From contig CAJQQO010000028.1 of assembly GCA_905480475.1 (NCBI GenBank), positions 1-61,769 on the forward strand: DNA of 61,769 nucleotides, given 5' to 3'. The stretch comes from an uncultured Pseudomonadales bacterium. GTDB taxonomy: Bacteria > Pseudomonadota > Gammaproteobacteria > Pseudomonadales > UBA7434. A model generated the notes under the pieces. That model ran no database searches and had not been told where the DNA came from. It was given only the letters and a program-made list of their open reading frames with translations. A program made the translations under genes and the position numbers. Below are positions 56,414 through 61,769 of the stretch, piece by piece. The first letter of the stretch is position 1, and each line of letters opens with the position of its first letter.

Positions 56414-57643
56414 CTATGACCGTGCAGCCAAGCGCTCACGGTCACTTATACCCAGCAAATAAAGAATACTATCCAGCCCTAAATTGGATATAGCCTGCCT
56501 CGCAGACGCTTTAACCAAAGGCTTGGCTCTAAACGCAATACCCAATCCGGCAATACTCAGCATAGGTAAATCGTTAGCACCATCACCTACTGCAATCACT
56601 TGCTGCAAGGCAATATTCTCTCGCCGCGCAATATCTTTTAACAACTCGGCTTTTCTATTGCCATCAACAATCTGACCGGTAACTTCACCAGTGACAAGAC
56701 CATCTTTAATATCTAGCTCATTGGCATAGACATAATCAAAGCCCAGTTTGTCACGCAAGCGATTGCCAAAATAGCTAAAACCGCCAGAGAGAATGGCAGT
56801 TTTATAACCCAGACTTTTTAATGTCATCATTAAAGTCTCGGCACCTTCAGTTAAACGCAATTGATTAGCCACCTGCTCTAAGGCAGATTCTTCTAGACCT
56901 TTTAATAGCGCCACACGACGTCGAAAGCTTTCATTAAAATCAATTTCACCGCGCATCGCCGACTCAGTGATGGTTGAGACTTGCTCGCCTACACCGGCCA
57001 CTTTAGCTAACTCATCGATCACTTCGGCTTCGATTAATGTCGAATCCATATCAAATACCACCAGCCGACGATTACGTCGAAACATATCATCTTCTTGATA
57101 GGCAATATCAATATTTAAAGTCGTTGCTAATTCCAGCAATGAACGTCGTACCACTTGCTCATCTGCTAGCTCACCACGCAAAGAAAATTCCACACAGGCT
57201 TTGGATTGCTCGGTTTCTTTTTCTAGCGGCACCCGGCCCGACAGGCGAGTTATCTTATCGATATTTAAACCGTGACTGGCAACCAATTCAGTCACAGCAC
57301 AAATATGTTTTGCCTGCACCTTGCGGACTAACAAGGTAACAATATGACGCGGCTTACCTTGCTCGTGAATCCAGCTTTCATATTCGTTGGGGTTGACCGA
57401 ATCAAACTCAATCGACATACCCATACTTTCAAGTTTGCTAGTCAGCCTAGCGAACAAGGCAGGCCTATCGATATGCGTCGCTGTCTCAGCAAGAATACCT
57501 AAGGCCAAATTATTGTGAATAACCGCTTGGCCAATATCGAGCACATTAACATCGCACTCAGCCAATAAGGCCGTTGCCGACAAGCTAATGCCGGGCTTAT
57601 CTGGTCCGGCGATTTTTATTAGTGTTACTTCACTCACTTGCAC
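56414..57643 (-). CDS. serB: Phosphoserine phosphatase with N-terminal ACT-like domains
   Basis: HAD motifs 'VVFDMDSTLI', 'ILSGGF' and 'AVGDGANDLPML'. The ~180-aa N-terminal regulatory region is as in long-form SerB. Confidence 0.9.
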   Translation of the reverse strand: MQVSEVTLIKIAGPDKPGISLSATALLAECDVNVLDIGQAVIHNNLALGILAETATHIDRPALFARLTSKLESMGMSIEFDSVNPNEYESWIHEQGKPRHIVTLLVRKVQAKHICAVTELVASHGLNIDKITRLSGRVPLEKETEQSKACVEFSLRGELADEQVVRRSLLELATTLNIDIAYQEDDMFRRNRRLVVFDMDSTLIEAEVIDELAKVAGVGEQVSTITESAMRGEIDFNESFRRRVALLKGLEESALEQVANQLRLTEGAETLMMTLKSLGYKTAILSGGFSYFGNRLRDKLGFDYVYANELDIKDGLVTGEVTGQIVDGNRKAELLKDIARRENIALQQVIAVGDGANDLPMLSIAGLGIAFRAKPLVKASARQAISNLGLDSILYLLGISDRERLAARS

Positions 57644-57725
57644 TACTCATATTGGCTATTTGTATTTACCCTGCCGCTATTTTTAATTACATAACAGCTA
57701 TCGACTAAAAATAAAATCGACCGCT

Positions 57726-60002
57726 TTACTGTTCAGGGTTTTTAACTTCTATACTGACCGAATCAACTTTCTGGAAACCGCGCGGCAATTTATTACCACG
57801 TCGTGCACGCTCACCAATATAATGTTCGAGATCATTCATTTTCATTTTTAAATGACGCTTACCGGCATTAATAATAACCGCGTCTTCTTTTTTCATTACC
57901 GCGACAGCCAACATAAACTCTTCACGCGTTGCTAACTTGGCGCTAGGTATATTCATAATTTTATTACCTTTACCGCGGGCCATTATGGGCAAGTCGGTAA
58001 TCGGGAAAATAAGCATTCGCCCTTCATTACTCACCGACACTAATAAAGCATCTTCCATATCACTGACTCTGGCCGGAGCAATAACTCGACCACCCTTGGG
58101 AATAGTCAGCAAGCTTTTACCGGCTTTTTTATTGGCATGCATATCACCGAGTCGAGCGACAAAACCGTAACCCGCATCGGTGGCCAATAAATACATATCG
58201 TTGTCACTACCCATCATCACGCCTTCAAAGATGGCTCCTGACGGCGGACTGATCTTACCCGTTAATGGCTCGCCTTGTCCGCGCGCCGAAGGTAATGTTC
58301 TTGCCGGTATCGAATAACTTCTACCAGTTGAGTCCAGCAACACGACTGATTGGTTAGATTTACCTTTACTGGCTAGCTTAAATCCATCACCGGATTTATA
58401 ACTTAAACTGGACGGATCAATATCGTGACCTTTAGCGGCTCTTATCCAACCCTTATCTGATAGGACAATAGTGACCGGATCAACCGAAGTGATATCATCT
58501 TCGGTATAGGCCGTGGCATCTGCTCTTGAAACGATTGGCGAACGTCTGTCGTCACCATATTCTTCAGCGACTGCGACCAACTCTTTTTTGATTAAGGTTT
58601 TCATGCGCGCATCAGAGCCAAGCGTTTTTTCAATATCCTCACGCTCGCGATTTAATTCTTCCTGATCGCTCTTGATTTTCATTTCTTCAAGTCGCGCTAA
58701 CTGACGCAAGCGTGTATCAAGAATATAATCAGCCTGCGTTTCGCTTAAATCAAAGCGCTGCATCAATACGGCTTTGGGCTTATCCTCGGTGCGAATAATA
58801 TGAATCACTTCATCGAGATTCAAAAACGCAATCAGTAAACCATCTAATAAATGCAAACGACTAAGAATTTTTTCTAACCGGTATTCAAGCCGCTTGCGCA
58901 CTGTGTCTTTACGATAGACCAACCACTCTTTAACAATGCCCAGCAAGTTTTTAACCTGCGGCCGACCATCAACGCCTATCATATTCATATTGACACGATA
59001 GTTGCGCTCTAAATCGGTTGAGGAAAATAGATGCGACATCAAAGTGTCGGTATCGACCCGGTTGGACTTAGGCACGATAATAAGACGGGTAGGATTTTCG
59101 TGATCAGACTCGTCGCGTAAGTCCACCACCATCGGTAATTTTTTAGCCTGCATTTGCGCGGCAATTTGCTCTAGCACTTTTGCGCCGGAAACTTGATGCG
59201 GCAAAGCGGTCACTACAACATCGCCCTGCTCGATTTCATAAATCGCGCGCATCTTTAAACTGCCCTTACCGGTTTGATAAGTTTCAAGAATGGATTCGGG
59301 CGAAGTAACAATTTCTGCGTCGGTTGGAAAGTCCGGTCCTTTAACATGCTCGAATAAATCAGCCACAGTAGACTTTGGCTTATCAAGCAAGCGAATACAG
59401 GCGGAAACCACCTCGCGCAAATTATGCGGTGGAATATCGGTCGCCATACCAACAGCAATGCCGGTCGTACCGTTCAGTAAAATATTCGGTGCGCGAGCCG
59501 GTAGAATAATCGGCTCATTTAAGGTGCCGTCAAAGTTTGCCTGCCAATCAACCGTGCCCTGAGAAACCTCGGACATCAATACATCGGCATACGGCGTAAG
59601 TTTGGATTCGGTATAACGCATCGCGGCAAAGGATTTAGGGTCGTCAGTTGAACCCCAGTTACCCTGCCCATCCACCAAAGGGTAGCGATAGCTAAACGAC
59701 TGCGCCATCAACACCATTGCCTCGTAGACCGAACTATCACCATGAGGGTGGAACTTACCAATAACATCACCGACGGTTCGAGCCGATTTTTTGTACTTAG
59801 ACCCGGCCTTTAAGCCCAACTCGGACATAGCATAAACAATACGTCGCTGAACAGGCTTTAAGCCATCGCCTATATGCGGCAATGCACGATCCAAAATAAC
59901 GTACATCGAATAATCGAGGTAGGCCTTTTCGGCATAGTCTTTTATCGAGAGTTTTTCGGTCTCAAAATCGTCGCTTGAGCCACCTGTTGGCGTGTCAGTC
60001 AT
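57726..60002 (-). CDS. parC: DNA topoisomerase IV subunit A
   Basis: '[19 protein letters not shown]', '[16 protein letters not shown]' and active-site Tyr region '[11 protein letters not shown]'. At 758 aa it is ParC length, not GyrA. Confidence 0.93.
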   Translation of the reverse strand: MTDTPTGGSSDDFETEKLSIKDYAEKAYLDYSMYVILDRALPHIGDGLKPVQRRIVYAMSELGLKAGSKYKKSARTVGDVIGKFHPHGDSSVYEAMVLMAQSFSYRYPLVDGQGNWGSTDDPKSFAAMRYTESKLTPYADVLMSEVSQGTVDWQANFDGTLNEPIILPARAPNILLNGTTGIAVGMATDIPPHNLREVVSACIRLLDKPKSTVADLFEHVKGPDFPTDAEIVTSPESILETYQTGKGSLKMRAIYEIEQGDVVVTALPHQVSGAKVLEQIAAQMQAKKLPMVVDLRDESDHENPTRLIIVPKSNRVDTDTLMSHLFSSTDLERNYRVNMNMIGVDGRPQVKNLLGIVKEWLVYRKDTVRKRLEYRLEKILSRLHLLDGLLIAFLNLDEVIHIIRTEDKPKAVLMQRFDLSETQADYILDTRLRQLARLEEMKIKSDQEELNREREDIEKTLGSDARMKTLIKKELVAVAEEYGDDRRSPIVSRADATAYTEDDITSVDPVTIVLSDKGWIRAAKGHDIDPSSLSYKSGDGFKLASKGKSNQSVVLLDSTGRSYSIPARTLPSARGQGEPLTGKISPPSGAIFEGVMMGSDNDMYLLATDAGYGFVARLGDMHANKKAGKSLLTIPKGGRVIAPARVSDMEDALLVSVSNEGRMLIFPITDLPIMARGKGNKIMNIPSAKLATREEFMLAVAVMKKEDAVIINAGKRHLKMKMNDLEHYIGERARRGNKLPRGFQKVDSVSIEVKNPEQ

Positions 60003-60451
60003 AGACTAGAACTTCTCTTTTTAGTTGGATATCTGTTTGCTTAGTGTTTCTTAGCTATTTTTTGCGATCGTATTGCGTTTAAGACAGTTTCTTTAAGACC
60101 TTTTCCGCAATGCATTTCGCGCATATTGTTTCTCATATTGCTGCTCACAAAACATCGCCTATTTATGATTATCACTGACGCTTTATCATTGTGGACCCAT
60201 AGCATGCAGACCATCGCCGCAAAGCCTGAATAAATCGTCCGCAAAAGCACAAAAAAACCTACTTACTAGCAGTTCAAATTGTCTCAGAAACCCGGCGCTT
60301 TCGCACCAACCATTAAGGACTTTATGGTGGTAATATGCAGACCTTCAAAGCGTGCTAGCAAGTCCGCTAAAATATAGCGATAAAACCCAGCAGAACACGC
60401 TGTATCGCCAGCATGTCATTGACGATAAACAGCGAGCATAAGGTGACAACA

Positions 60452-60856
60452 ATGAATTTGAACGACGCGACCTATATTAGCTTTTCGACTTTTCGTAAAA
60501 ACGGTGACTCGGTAGAAACGCCAGTCTGGTTTGCGCCCAGCATTGCTCAAACTAGCACAGAAGATAAAAACAGCTATTATATTTTTTCCGCGGGCGAAGC
60601 TGGCAAGGTCAAGCGATTAAGAAATTTCTCCCGCTCAAGAATAGCGCCCTGCACCGTCACTGGTCGTATTTTGGGAGACTGGCACGATAGTGAGGCAGTG
60701 ATACTGGAATCTGTCGAGCAAATTAAAACCGCTCACGCGGCGCTGGTCAAACATTATGGCTGGCAAATGCGCATGTTGGATATCAGCTCAAAACTCAGTG
60801 GCAAATTTAATAAACGCGCTTATATCAAAGTCACCCTAAAAGAATCGTTAGCCTAA
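60452..60856 (+). CDS. PPOX-class (pyridoxamine 5'-phosphate oxidase-like split-barrel) family protein
   Basis: 134 aa. 'YISFSTFRKNGDSVETPVWFA' and 'GKVKRLRN..R..I' are typical of the small PPOX/F420-type split-barrel family. ATG 60452 is preferred. Confidence 0.6.
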   Translation: MNLNDATYISFSTFRKNGDSVETPVWFAPSIAQTSTEDKNSYYIFSAGEAGKVKRLRNFSRSRIAPCTVTGRILGDWHDSEAVILESVEQIKTAHAALVKHYGWQMRMLDISSKLSGKFNKRAYIKVTLKESLA

Positions 60857-61249
60857 TTTAATATTTTTTAAAATGGCATATTATTCTCTAAACAGTTCAC
60901 TGTTATTTTCTTCTATAATCCACCAAGCCTCTGTCATTTAACTATTACAATAATCTGCTGGACATTTTCTAATATTGCAATCACACTAAGTCTTCAGTTA
61001 CTGGAGTTGTATATTTGGCTGGCTCGATTGTCTGTAAGTTCAACCCTCCACGTCATCGTAAGCGCTGGCGTCACATGCGCGCAAGCGCAAAGCTTCCTAA
61101 TTACTCTTTGCAATTTTTATCACAGCATCATTTCTTAACATTTAAATTTTTTTATTTCTACTTATTCAAAAGCTATCAGCAATTTTTCGCTGGGAACTCT
61201 TGCGCTGAGTCTGGTATTTTGAAATAAGAATATTAAACAAGAGCTGTAT

Positions 61250-61769
61250 ATGAAAAGAACCTTTGTTTTGGATACCAATGTATTACTGCATGACCCAATG
61301 GCAGTGCATGCGTTTAATGAACATCAAGTCGTTATCCCCATGACGGTACTTGAAGAGCTCGATGCGATTAAAGATAGGCGTGATAAAGATGTCAGTCGCG
61401 AGGCAAGAATCGCTATCAATGCCATCGACAGTATTCTTGAAAATGCCACACCTAAACAAATTCAATCCGGCGTAGAGATTCCTAGCACGCTTAAAAATAA
61501 AGGCACTTTATCAATTTTCCCCGACCAGCTCATTGAACACACACAAAATATTCCGCTACTCAATAACCCGGTACATCATTATAACGACGATCGAATAATT
61601 AATGTCGCCCTACATTTACAAGCGCAAGATAAAGACGATGGCGTTTGTTTAGTCACTAAAGATATTAATATGCGGCTTAAAGCCAAAGGCTCGGGGCTAG
61701 AAAATGTAGAGGACTACAAAAAAGATAAAGTTGTTGAAGACATTAGCTTAATGGCCACAGGTTATGAAC
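61250..61769 (+). CDS. PhoH-like ATPase with N-terminal PIN domain (YlaK-type), 5' part only; runs off the window end
   Basis: Not in the ORF track because no stop falls in the window. My translation from ATG 61250: 'MKRTFVLDTNVLLHDPMAVHAFNEHQVVIPMTVLEELDAIKDRRD...DDRIINVAL...CLVTKDINMRLKAKG', which has PIN-domain acidic residues. Confidence 0.8.
   Translation, partial: MKRTFVLDTNVLLHDPMAVHAFNEHQVVIPMTVLEELDAIKDRRDKDVSREARIAINAIDSILENATPKQIQSGVEIPSTLKNKGTLSIFPDQLIEHTQNIPLLNNPVHHYNDDRIINVALHLQAQDKDDGVCLVTKDINMRLKAKGSGLENVEDYKKDKVVEDISLMATGYE

Noticed and set aside
60041-60250. 69-aa minus-strand ORF upstream of parC
   Set aside because: It has no SD or motif and lies in the parC promoter region. 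It is probably non-coding, but I cannot exclude a small protein.
61015-61465. ORFs 61015..61227 (+) and 61283..61465 (-)
   Set aside because: The first is an AT-rich, low-complexity intergenic reading frame. The second is antisense to the PIN/PhoH-like gene that starts at 61250.

Overview
This is a 61.8-kb chromosomal segment from a moderately AT-rich gammaproteobacterium (mid-40s % GC by eye, not computed). I call 57 protein-coding genes, one of them (61250..end) absent from the ORF track. Nearly all are housekeeping or accessory-metabolic: gshA, acpH, dsbB, rsd, trxA-rho-ubiD, orn, rsgA, rhodanese-psd, efp/epmA/epmB, serB and parC. The right-half gene order (orn, rsgA, rhdA-psd, hypothetical, fimX-like, serB, parC) resembles the P. 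aeruginosa PA4951-PA4964 region; this is from memory and needs checking. I found no rRNA, tRNA, IS/transposase, integrase, prophage or CRISPR array. Ranked leads: (1) a second, diverged Rho paralog (33861..34805) that keeps the RecA-type ATPase/translocase motifs but lacks the N-terminal RNA-binding domain, 3.8 kb downstream of canonical rho. (2) An operon-like pair of membrane-anchored thiol-redox proteins, a DedA/TVP38-flavoprotein disulfide reductase fusion plus a 4-TM redoxin (24176..27237). (3) A roughly 10.7-copy heptanucleotide microsatellite in the rsgA / rhodanese-psd intergenic region (45824..45898). (4) A FimX-like protein whose REC, GGDEF and EAL domains all look degenerate, paired with a hypothetical protein carrying a PilZ-like C-terminal barrel. 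(5) A hybrid histidine kinase with an apparently degenerate ATP-binding domain, abutting an anomalous GC-rich repeat block at the window edge. All family assignments come from reading motifs in the translations; no database search was run.
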